41,615 nucleotides of DNA from an uncultured delta proteobacterium (GTDB lineage Bacteria; Desulfobacterota; Binatia; Binatales; Binataceae), in assembly GCA_963794325.1 (NCBI GenBank), contig CAWCDG010000001.1:1-41615 (forward strand). The letters are read 5' to 3'. The translations under genes were made by a program, and so were the position numbers. Of the stretch, positions 17,935 through 26,265 are shown piece after piece. How positions within the stretch are numbered: the first letter of the stretch is position 1; each line of letters begins with the position of its first letter. The notes under the pieces were generated by a model. That model made no database searches. It saw nothing but the letters and a program-made list of their open reading frames with translations, and was not told where the DNA came from.

Positions 17935-18315
17935 TCAGTGCGGGGCCGGAGCCGGAGCGCCGCCGGCCGGGGCAGTCGATCCTTTGTCCGCCACCGCTCC
18001 TCCGGGAGGAGGGGGCACGTAGCCCTTGGGCTGCGCTTGAACCCACTGCTCGCAAGCAGGAATGTCATCTGCTTCGACCGATTCCTGCTGCATAATCTGC
18101 GCATCGGACCAACCGTGCTTCTTCTCCCAGTGCACGCCGGGACATTTGACAGCCAGGTTGAAATTTCTCGCAGTTGACTCCGCAGCCGGATTTCCGGCTG
18201 GCGCAGCTCCTGCGCTACCGCCGCCGCCGCTGCTGCCACTACTACCTTGGCTCGCGCAACCGGCGATCAACAATGCCAGCCCCGCGGCCAGCGCCAATCC
18301 AATTTTCCGTTTCAT
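17935..18315 (-). CDS. Small predicted lipoprotein
   Basis: AAGGAGG RBS, signal peptide with lipobox MKRKIGLALAAGLALLIAG-C, Gly/Ser linker, core with two further Cys and a Pro-rich tail. Confidence 0.82.
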   Translation of the reverse strand: MKRKIGLALAAGLALLIAGCASQGSSGSSGGGGSAGAAPAGNPAAESTARNFNLAVKCPGVHWEKKHGWSDAQIMQQESVEADDIPACEQWVQAQPKGYVPPPPGGAVADKGSTAPAGGAPAPAPH

Positions 18316-18435
18316 GGCATCCTCCTTCAATCTAGGAACCCCTCCCACTACCGAGCTAACATGCCTATCCGCCGTTCGTTTAAGCAGGGCCAAAATACAC
18401 CGTCTGGGAAAATTAGCAAACCCCCCGTAATGGGA

Positions 18436-19431
18436 TTATAACGCCTGGAACACAGTTTGTTCACCGCGCTCAGAGCGGCGTGCCCGGCCTTCGAAGCAAG
18501 CAAGTTCGAGGTGCGCGAGGGTTTCGAAAGTCGCCGCCATCACGTGGAATATCGGTCGTTCTTCGCCACCAAATACTTGTTGCGCAATTTCGAACGCAGT
18601 CTGCGGCGATTTGCGCGTCAGATCAAGCATTTCCACCTCCCGGTACCGATGATGCTCGATCAGCTGATTCGCCCGGTGACGATGGTCATGATAGACGCCG
18701 CCGTGCGCCGGCAAAACCAGCTCGACGTCGAAATTCTGCACCTTCAACTGCGACGCGATGAAGTCGCCGAGCGGGTTGGTTCCAGCCGCATCCGGATAAA
18801 TCCCGACGTGTGGCGTTATTTTGGGCAGAAGATGATCGCCTACGATCATCACCTTCTCTTTCCGTAAATAAATCACGTTGTGACCGGGCGAATGTCCCGG
18901 CGTCCAGATCACTTCAAGCTCGCGGTCGCCGATTTTGATCACATCGTGATCATCGATGAACTTGTCGGGTTGCGTGACCGGTCCGTACATCGAAGTTCCC
19001 ATCCACGCAGGACGCATACCGGTCGGCGAGAATTGTTCGATCGGAAATCCGTGACGCGTGAAAAACGCGCGCGACTCCGGCCTGTCATGCGGCGCCATCC
19101 TGCCGAACTCGATCATCCTGCCCGCGCGCTCGGCCTCGAGACGATGAATATGCGTAACCGCATGACTGCGGCGTCGAATCTCGCCCGACGCGCCGAAGTG
19201 ATCGATGTGATGATGCGTCGCGACGATCGCATCGAGATCCTCAATCTTGATGCTGACTTCGGCGAGCGCTTCCTCGAGCGCCTTGATACTCTCGGGGGAG
19301 TTCATCCCCGTGTCGACCAGAGTCCACGCGCCGTGACAGTCGATCAAATAAACGTTGATGATTGTCGGCCGCATCGGCAGCGGCAGAAATATTTCGTAGA
19401 TACCCGGATGAACCTCAACTATTTTCGCCAT
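18436..19431 (-). CDS. MBL-fold metallo-hydrolase
   Basis: Motifs LVDTG, THHHIDHFG, TPGHSPGH, GDHLL and PAHG, plus a C-terminal winged-helix-like tail. Confidence 0.93.
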   Translation of the reverse strand: MAKIVEVHPGIYEIFLPLPMRPTIINVYLIDCHGAWTLVDTGMNSPESIKALEEALAEVSIKIEDLDAIVATHHHIDHFGASGEIRRRSHAVTHIHRLEAERAGRMIEFGRMAPHDRPESRAFFTRHGFPIEQFSPTGMRPAWMGTSMYGPVTQPDKFIDDHDVIKIGDRELEVIWTPGHSPGHNVIYLRKEKVMIVGDHLLPKITPHVGIYPDAAGTNPLGDFIASQLKVQNFDVELVLPAHGGVYHDHRHRANQLIEHHRYREVEMLDLTRKSPQTAFEIAQQVFGGEERPIFHVMAATFETLAHLELACFEGRARRSERGEQTVFQAL

Positions 19432-19516
19432 CGATTACTCTCAGTGGCTGGTTTCGCATGACTGGTAAGTCCTTGCGCTCCGCCGCTTGCTTCGTGGCCG
19501 CAACTCGATGAATCAC

Positions 19517-19729
19517 TCACTCGTGCAGCTCGTCTTTCACCTGGAAAGTCACTTTGACTCGCACCTTCCATCGCACCACTTTGTTCGCCTCGACCATCGC
19601 ATCGATATTGGTTACGTGAGCGGTGTGGATGCCCTTGATCGTTACGCCGGCGCGTGAGATTGCCAATTGCACGGCTTCTTCAACCGAGTTGGCCGAGATA
19701 CCTGTAAGATCGATCGTTTTTTCCACCAT
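19517..19729 (-). CDS. Dodecin family (flavin-binding) protein
   Basis: About 70 aa with KTIDLTGISANSVEEAVQLAISRA..TIKGI and WKVRVKVTF. Confidence 0.85.
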   Translation of the reverse strand: MVEKTIDLTGISANSVEEAVQLAISRAGVTIKGIHTAHVTNIDAMVEANKVVRWKVRVKVTFQVKDELHE

Positions 19730-19924
19730 TACGCTCAGCCGCTCCTGCAAGGGCGTGATTCGCGCGCGATTGTTTGACGCTCCCGCGCGCGCGGCGCTAC
19801 GCTCGCCCTTGAACAGTGGTTATCGCACGGAGAGACCCGAAACAAGGTGATGTGCCGCGAACGGGCTCTACGGCACCCTGAATAGAAGCGCGCGATTGGT
19901 CAGCCCGCCCTGGAGAGTCTTCAG

Positions 19925-20995
19925 TTGTCAGTCAAAATCGAATCGCCCACCGGTGATGAAGCGCTCACCGAATTCGTTCTCTTTCAGCATCGGGTTTACG
20001 AATACCGCAGCGCGCGATGGGCCGCGATGGTGGCCGTGCAACTCCCGATCCTGATGGGCGAAGGGCCGTTCGCCGCCGGCCGCAAGATCCGGCCGTTTAC
20101 CGCGCGCGTCGACGGCAACATCGTCGCGCGCGCCGTCGCGATAATCGACGGCCACTATCAACATCACTGGAACGATCCGCTTGGGCATATCGTGATGTTC
20201 GAGGCGATGCCTAATACGGGCGACGCCGTGAATCCGATGATCGACGCCGCTTCGGAATGGATGAAAACCAACGGCGCGAGCGCCGCGCGCGCCGGCTATG
20301 GATTGCTCGAGTTTCCTTTCGTGATCGACGATTACGAAACTCTGCCGCCCGACATCGCGCGGCAGAATCCGGGGTACTACCACGCGCTGCTGAAAGATGC
20401 GGGATTCGAAACCGAGCGCGGATGGGTCGATTATAAGATTGAGGTAACCCCGGAGCTGATCGCTCGCTACGAAAGCGCACTCGAAGCGAGTCGTCGCGCG
20501 GGTTTTCAAATCGTCGCGCTGAAGGACTTGCCAGCCGCGCGCCGCATCCGCGATTTCGAGCATACCTGGAACATTGCATTCGCAAATCATTGGGGCGCGA
20601 CGCCCTTCACCACTGAGGAACTTTCGTTCCTGTTCGATTTCTTCGCTATGTCCGGCGCGCTCGACACGTCGGTGCTCGCGTATCACGACGGTCAGCCGGT
20701 CGGCGCCCTGATGGTCACACCGCCCAATGCCGACGGCGCAATTCTCAAGCCCGGCCGAAAGCTGGCGGACAACGAGAAACTGAACTTTCTAGGCATCGGC
20801 GTGCTCCAGGAAGCGCGCGGACGCGGCGTCAACCTCGCAATGGCGGCGTATTCATATCTGCACCTGATCCGCCATGGCTCGAAATTCCTCAGCTATACAC
20901 TGGTGCTCGATGACAACTGGCCATCGCGCCGCACCGCAGAAAAACTCGGCGCCAAGGTTTGCGCGAACTACGTCACCTATCGGCGCGACTTCTGA
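19925..20995 (+). CDS. GNAT-like N-acetyltransferase (YghO-like)
   Basis: Motifs ARAVAIID, GHIVMFEA, NPGYYHALL, AFANHWG, GIGVLQEARGRGVN and YTLVLDDNWPSRRTAEKLG; TTG start is uncertain. Confidence 0.7.
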   Translation: MSVKIESPTGDEALTEFVLFQHRVYEYRSARWAAMVAVQLPILMGEGPFAAGRKIRPFTARVDGNIVARAVAIIDGHYQHHWNDPLGHIVMFEAMPNTGDAVNPMIDAASEWMKTNGASAARAGYGLLEFPFVIDDYETLPPDIARQNPGYYHALLKDAGFETERGWVDYKIEVTPELIARYESALEASRRAGFQIVALKDLPAARRIRDFEHTWNIAFANHWGATPFTTEELSFLFDFFAMSGALDTSVLAYHDGQPVGALMVTPPNADGAILKPGRKLADNEKLNFLGIGVLQEARGRGVNLAMAAYSYLHLIRHGSKFLSYTLVLDDNWPSRRTAEKLGAKVCANYVTYRRDF

Positions 20996-21183
20996 ACTTT
21001 GTTCTGCTTCCAGAGCTACTAACAGGCTCAAACAATTTGTAGGCCAGAAGAACCTTCTGGCGTTAAGCGGGGAACAGTGATTAATTCGCCAACGTCAACT
21101 CAGTCTCGCGGCGGCTGACGACTCGTCACTCTTACACTCAGACAATCTCAGCGGAAGACAAAGGACGTGGGGGTAAAACCGAA

Positions 21184-21777
21184 GTGCCAGGTAAACGAAA
21201 AAAATCCACTAAGTCGATCTCTCGAAAAGAGAAGCCGGCGACGCGCGCCAGGAAAAAGCATAGAAGCACAGTGTCTCACCGTGCTTACGAAGCTAAGATT
21301 CAAGCCGCGGTGAACGGTATGTCGTCGGACGTTCAGTCGATCCTGGGAAAGCTGGACGAGAACGATGCAAACGCGGCTCCCACCGAAGGAATTTCAAAGA
21401 GGATCAATGCGCTGATCGGCGAGACCACCAACGGAAAGCCGGTACCAGCGGATCACGAACACAGAATAGAAAGAATTTTGTATGCGGTAGCCGGGATTGA
21501 CCATCAATACAATATCGGTGGATCCACGTCTGGGACCCCGGTCCATCCACCATCAACCAGTGACTCGCATGAGACAAAGGTACTGAAACTCTTCACGACC
21601 ATTAATAAAATTAGCCGGGATGTTTTCTCGATACTCGAATCTGCTACGACGCTGCCGGTTCCACCGACGCCAACAGCGGATAACACTAACGACATTGTTG
21701 CTATGGCACTCGACACTCAGATGGTGGTCCATAAGATCTGCGTTCATATCGATCAAATTCATTCGGCTAGTAAGTGA
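21184..21777 (+). CDS. Hypothetical helical-repeat protein, copy 1, with a basic N-terminal tail
   Basis: About half identical by hand alignment to 22235-22762 (YEAKI, ILYAVA, QY.IGG, LFTTIN, IVAMA.DT); the start context matches that of copy 2. Confidence 0.8.
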   Translation: MPGKRKKSTKSISRKEKPATRARKKHRSTVSHRAYEAKIQAAVNGMSSDVQSILGKLDENDANAAPTEGISKRINALIGETTNGKPVPADHEHRIERILYAVAGIDHQYNIGGSTSGTPVHPPSTSDSHETKVLKLFTTINKISRDVFSILESATTLPVPPTPTADNTNDIVAMALDTQMVVHKICVHIDQIHSASK

Positions 21778-21802
21778 GTTGAGTCCTCGCTGATGTAACC
21801 GC

Positions 21803-22018
21803 ATGCCGGGCAGAGGATCAAATCTTCCCCCAGCGTCGGCGGCAGAACGCGCTGGAGCAGCGACTGAGACATTCGTCGGGCGCGCGCGCGAGTTGGGCGA
21901 GTTGCGTGCCAGCCTCGCCAGCATCGCTGGCGGACGCGGTAAACTCTATTTTCTTATCGGTGAGCCTGGAATCGGCAAGACGCGGCTGGCAGAAGAAATC
22001 GCTGCAGAAGCGGAGCGC
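21803..22018 (+). pseudogene. Truncated 5' fragment (72 codons) of the STAND ATPase gene
   Basis: FVGRARELGELRASL..GEPGIGKTRLAEEIAAEAER matches the N-terminus of 22788-26123, then runs into the duplicated GNAT tail. Confidence 0.88.
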
Positions 22019-22234
22019 TTTGCGCGAACTACGTCACCTATCGCCGCGACTTCTAAGGCAAGACAATTTCTAGGCCACAAGCACGTTATAGCCTTAAGCG
22101 GGGAACAGTGCTTAATTCGCACCGTCAACCAGTCTGGCGGCGGCTTGCGACTCGTCGCTCCTTGTACTCGGACACTTCTGAGCTGACAGCGCCTGTTCGC
22201 GAATCCCGCAATCGACCAAAAAGGTGAACCGAAA

Positions 22235-22762
22235 ATGGCGGCAACGCATCATCCGTACGAGGCCAAGATCTACAATACCGTCGATGGGATTTTGACCGAT
22301 CTCCAGGCGATCCTGATCAAGCTGAAGCAGCACCCGAATGACGGCAACCTGGCGCCCACTAACGGAATGATCGACAGGCTTGGCGCCCTGCTCAAGGAGC
22401 TGAAGAACGGAAGTCCGAATCAGACGACTCATGACACCAACATAGAAGGGATACTGTATGCAGTTGCCCAAATGGGCGATCAGTACATCATCGGGGGAGC
22501 ATCGCCGGCGACGCAGGCCTATCCGCCGCCGACCGGAGGTACGCATGAGCAACGCGTGCTGCGACTGTTCACGACGATCAATTCGATATGCCGCGAAATT
22601 TTCCAAATTCTCGAGCCCGGGGCGTTGCAACCACCGCAGCCCACCGGCGGCGCCGGCAACACGCAGAAGATTGTAGCCATGGCGAAGGACACTCTGAAGG
22701 TCGTCAAAAACATCCGGCAACACATCGTGACCATTCACGGCATAATAGCCTTCAGCAAGTGA
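22235..22762 (+). CDS. Hypothetical helical-repeat protein, copy 2
   Basis: AAGGTG RBS and ATG start; paralogue of 21184-21777; ends 25 nt before the ATPase start. Confidence 0.85.
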   Translation: MAATHHPYEAKIYNTVDGILTDLQAILIKLKQHPNDGNLAPTNGMIDRLGALLKELKNGSPNQTTHDTNIEGILYAVAQMGDQYIIGGASPATQAYPPPTGGTHEQRVLRLFTTINSICREIFQILEPGALQPPQPTGGAGNTQKIVAMAKDTLKVVKNIRQHIVTIHGIIAFSK

Positions 22763-22787
22763 GTTGAGTCGGCATTGACGTAACGAC

Positions 22788-25700
22788 ATGCCGGGCGATC
22801 CAGTAAATCCTCCTCTCGCATCAAGCGCGGAGAGTGCCGTACCAGCGCGTGGAATATTCGTCGGGCGCGAGCGCGAGCTGACCGAGTTGCGCGCCAGTCT
22901 CGCCGGCGTCGCAGGCGGACGCGGTCAACTCTTCTGCCTGGTCGGTGAGCCCGGCATCGGCAAGACCCGCTTGGCCGAAGAAATCGCTACAGATGCGGAG
23001 CGCGCCGGCGCAAAGGTCGCGTGGGGGCGATGCTGGGAAGGAGGCGGCGCGCCGGCCTATTGGCCGTGGACTCAGGCGCTGCGGCATTGCGCGGCGACGA
23101 TCAACCCGCGCGCCACCGACGCGATACTTCCTTCGACCGCTCGGCAGATGTTGGGACTAGCGCCGGAGTTGTCCGGCGAGAGCGCGTCGCCTGAAAGTTG
23201 GTCGCGGGCGACGATGCTCTCCGGGCTGCCTACCAGCGGCGGTTCTCCGTTCGATCCGGCGCGCTTTCAGATGTTCGACTCGCTGGCCGCGTATTTGAAA
23301 CGGCTGGCAAACGATACGCCGCTGGTCCTGGTGCTCGACGATCTTCACGCTGCCGACGCCGACTCATTGCATCTGCTTCGTTTCGTCTCGCGCGACCTGG
23401 TGCAAAGCAGGATTTTGATTCTGGCGACTTATCGCGAAACCGAGGCGCGTCTGTCGGCGGAGCACGCGAATCTTTTGAGCTCGATCGGGCGGGAAGGCCG
23501 CACCATCCATCTGGCCGGACTATCCCAGGAGGAAGTTGCCGCATTCGCGAAAAGCAACGCCGCGCTCGTACCCGATGACCGATTGGTCTCGACGTTGTGC
23601 GACGTTACCGAAGGCAATCCATTTTTTCTCGATGAAACGTTGCGCTTGCTGGGCACCGATCGCAGCGCCGGATTGCAAGACCGAATCGCGGCGGGGCTGG
23701 CGATTCCCGACAGCGTGCGCGAGGCTATCCGAAAAAAGGTTGCGCCGCTCTCGAGCGACGCGCGCGACGCAATCGAGATCGCTTCGGTGATCGGCCGCGA
23801 GTTCGACATCCATCTGCTCTCGCAAGTGTGCGGGCTCACGGTCGGCGAGTGCGTCGCGCGGCTCGCGGAAGCGGTGTCCCATGGAATCATCGGCGACCTT
23901 GGCGATGCGGCCGGTCGCTTCCGATTCACTCACGCGATGATCCCGGAAACCTTGGCTGCGGATATTCCGCGGCTGCGGCTGATGCAGCTTCATCAGCAGA
24001 TCGCGCAGTCACTCGAGCGGCTGCATAGCGACGACCTGTTCGACTATCTGCCTCAGTTGGCCGAGCATTACATTCGTTCATTGCCGGCCGGGCCTCGGGA
24101 CAAGGCAGTCGAGTTTGCCGCGCGCGGCGCGAGACGCGCGATGCGGCAATTGGCGTATGAAGAAGGTGCGCGCCTTTTCCAGATGGCGCTCGACGCGCTC
24201 GCAATCGCGCCGGCCTCGGAACAATCGGCGACCTGCGGCCTGATGATTGAGCTCGGCGAAGCGCTAACCAAGGCGGGCTACGTAGATCGATCGCGCGAAG
24301 TCTTTATGAGCGCGTCCGCGCTCGCGCGCAAATCAAACGACGGCGATGCGTTCGCGAAGACTGCCCTTGGCATCGGAATTCAATCGAGCACCGCCGGAAC
24401 GGTTGACCGAACGCTGGTCGAGTTGCTGGAAGAAGCGCTGCGCTCATCAGGTAGCACCGATAGCGCGCAGAAAGCGATGCTACTCGCGCGACTGGCGGCA
24501 GCACTCTACTGGTCGGATCAGCATGAGCGCTCGATCGAGCTGTCGCAGAGCGCGGTCGATATGGCGCGGCGCCTCGACGACCCGCTCGCGCTGATTTACG
24601 TACTGTGCATGTGGCACTACTCATTGTGGGGACCGGATAACCTGGACGCGCGGCTGAAAACCGCGCAGGAAATGAAGTCCCTGGCCGATCGGATAAAAGA
24701 CCGGGAATGGGCTCTCAGAGCTCTCGAGATGCATCTGGCGGATTTGCTTGAAACCGGCGCGATCGAGGAAGCCGATACCGATCTCAAGAGCTACGAGGAG
24801 CTGTCAGGCAAGACCGGCAGCGGCAATTCGGTGGTCGAGCTTTCCTACGCGATGCGCGCGCTGTTACACGGCGAACTCGCGGAAGGCGAGCGACTGGCCG
24901 AGCACGCGATGGCAGTCGGTCAGCGTCGTCAGGAACCGCGCGCATTGTTGTCATACGCTGCGCAGGTGGGTTTGATTCGCTTCGAGCAGCATCGCATGGG
25001 CGAGCTCGAGCCGATCTTGCGCGCGTATGTCGAGCAGTATCCGGTACTCGATGTGGCGCGGTCGGGACTCGCGATGGCCTATGTCGAGGCCGGCCGCGAA
25101 GCGGAAGCGCGAGTCCAATTCGAGTATCTCGCGCGCGACGATTTCAGCGCATTGCGCCGCGACTGGAATTGGCTCGCGACGATGGCAATTTTGTCGACGC
25201 TATGCGTCTTCATCCGCGACCGCGATCGAGCGGTGCGAATCTACGATTTGATGCTGCCGTATGCTGAGCGGATCGCAATGGTCGGATGGACCGAGGTTTG
25301 TTACGGATCGGTCTCGCGTTACCTGGGCAATCTCGCGGCCCTGCTGCTTCGGTACGACGATGCGCAGCGTCATTACGAATCCGCGATCGCGATGAACGCA
25401 AGAATCGGCGCTCGCGGTTGGCTCGCGCACAGTCAGCACGAATATGCGGCGATGTTGCGCGAACGGGGTGAAGATCGGGATCGCGCTCGAGCCGACGCGC
25501 TCAACGATCAGGCGCTGGCGACCGCCGATTTGCTCGGGATGAGAACCTTGCTGGAAAGTGCGAGGGCACTGAAGACTGCGCACAACGCGAATGCGGCGCC
25601 ATCGACCCGTCGTGCCGGCGACGCGCCGCGCACGCTGGTAACCGTGTTGTTTATCGATATCGTGGGATCGACCGGGCATGCGTCGCGGCTCGGCGACCGC

Positions 25701-26123
25701 AAATGGCGCGACAAGCTGGAACAGTTCTACGCGATCGTCAGAAAAGCCCTGACCGCTTTTCGTGGGCGCGAGATCACCAATCCGGGCGACGGGTTTCTCG
25801 CAGTGTTCGACGCACCGGCCGATGCCGTCGCGGCTGCCTTCGACATCCGGTCGGCCGTGTCGGCGCTTGAGATGCAGGTAAGAGCGGGACTCCATTGCGG
25901 GGAATGCGAGTGGGTCGGCGATCAGGCGGTGGGCATCGCGATTCACATCGGCGCGCGCATCGCCACTACCGCGGCGCCCGATGAAGTGTTGGCGTCGAGC
26001 ACGGTGCGCGACGTAGTTTCCGGTTCAGAGATGATTTTGACCGACACTGGATTGCATCGCCTGCGCGGCGTACCTGAAGAGTGGCGTCTCTACCGCGTCG
26101 ACTCGATCGGGCACCAGAATTGA
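22788..26123 (+). CDS. STAND-type AAA ATPase with TPR-like repeats and a C-terminal class III nucleotide cyclase domain
   Basis: FVGRERE, Walker A GEPGIGKT, Walker B LVLDDLH, GNPFF and helical repeats; cyclase motifs VLFIDIVGST, GDGF, VRAGLHCGE and IHIGARI. Confidence 0.92.
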   Translation: MPGDPVNPPLASSAESAVPARGIFVGRERELTELRASLAGVAGGRGQLFCLVGEPGIGKTRLAEEIATDAERAGAKVAWGRCWEGGGAPAYWPWTQALRHCAATINPRATDAILPSTARQMLGLAPELSGESASPESWSRATMLSGLPTSGGSPFDPARFQMFDSLAAYLKRLANDTPLVLVLDDLHAADADSLHLLRFVSRDLVQSRILILATYRETEARLSAEHANLLSSIGREGRTIHLAGLSQEEVAAFAKSNAALVPDDRLVSTLCDVTEGNPFFLDETLRLLGTDRSAGLQDRIAAGLAIPDSVREAIRKKVAPLSSDARDAIEIASVIGREFDIHLLSQVCGLTVGECVARLAEAVSHGIIGDLGDAAGRFRFTHAMIPETLAADIPRLRLMQLHQQIAQSLERLHSDDLFDYLPQLAEHYIRSLPAGPRDKAVEFAARGARRAMRQLAYEEGARLFQMALDALAIAPASEQSATCGLMIELGEALTKAGYVDRSREVFMSASALARKSNDGDAFAKTALGIGIQSSTAGTVDRTLVELLEEALRSSGSTDSAQKAMLLARLAAALYWSDQHERSIELSQSAVDMARRLDDPLALIYVLCMWHYSLWGPDNLDARLKTAQEMKSLADRIKDREWALRALEMHLADLLETGAIEEADTDLKSYEELSGKTGSGNSVVELSYAMRALLHGELAEGERLAEHAMAVGQRRQEPRALLSYAAQVGLIRFEQHRMGELEPILRAYVEQYPVLDVARSGLAMAYVEAGREAEARVQFEYLARDDFSALRRDWNWLATMAILSTLCVFIRDRDRAVRIYDLMLPYAERIAMVGWTEVCYGSVSRYLGNLAALLLRYDDAQRHYESAIAMNARIGARGWLAHSQHEYAAMLRERGEDRDRARADALNDQALATADLLGMRTLLESARALKTAHNANAAPSTRRAGDAPRTLVTVLFIDIVGSTGHASRLGDRKWRDKLEQFYAIVRKALTAFRGREITNPGDGFLAVFDAPADAVAAAFDIRSAVSALEMQVRAGLHCGECEWVGDQAVGIAIHIGARIATTAAPDEVLASSTVRDVVSGSEMILTDTGLHRLRGVPEEWRLYRVDSIGHQN

Positions 26124-26265
26124 ACCGGCAGGCTTTCGCGAGACTGCTGCAAGCTTTGACTTACCGATCGTTCAATTCCCGTTTGCCAAATCGATCCGCG
26201 ATGCTGTAAGAACCAAAACAGTAGCGCTACCGCTCGCCAACCGTCTTCGAAGGAGGGATCTTTCG

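Larger units (their letters stand above)
20958..23003 (+). repeat. Diverged tandem duplication; unit 1 at 20958-22018, unit 2 at 22019-23003
   Basis: Each unit is GNAT 3' end (TTTGCGCGAACTACGTCACCTATCG...), then a leader (TTAAGCGGGGAACAGTG.TTAATTCGC...), then a paralogous ORF, then AAGTGAGTTGAGTC, then the first 72 codons of the STAND ATPase. Confidence 0.93.

Noticed and set aside
21066-21130. GGGAACAGTGATTAAT resembles the 5' strand of the c-di-GMP-II riboswitch
   Set aside because: The downstream GGGCAC loop and AGTGCAACCGAC pseudoknot partner are absent in both copies.
21803-22186. 127-aa ORF as a real protein
   Set aside because: It is the ATPase 5' fragment running out of frame through the duplicated GNAT tail and non-coding leader.
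20958-23003. Template/variable repeat pair of a diversity-generating retroelement
   Set aside because: Differences are not adenine-specific and there is no reverse transcriptase in the window.
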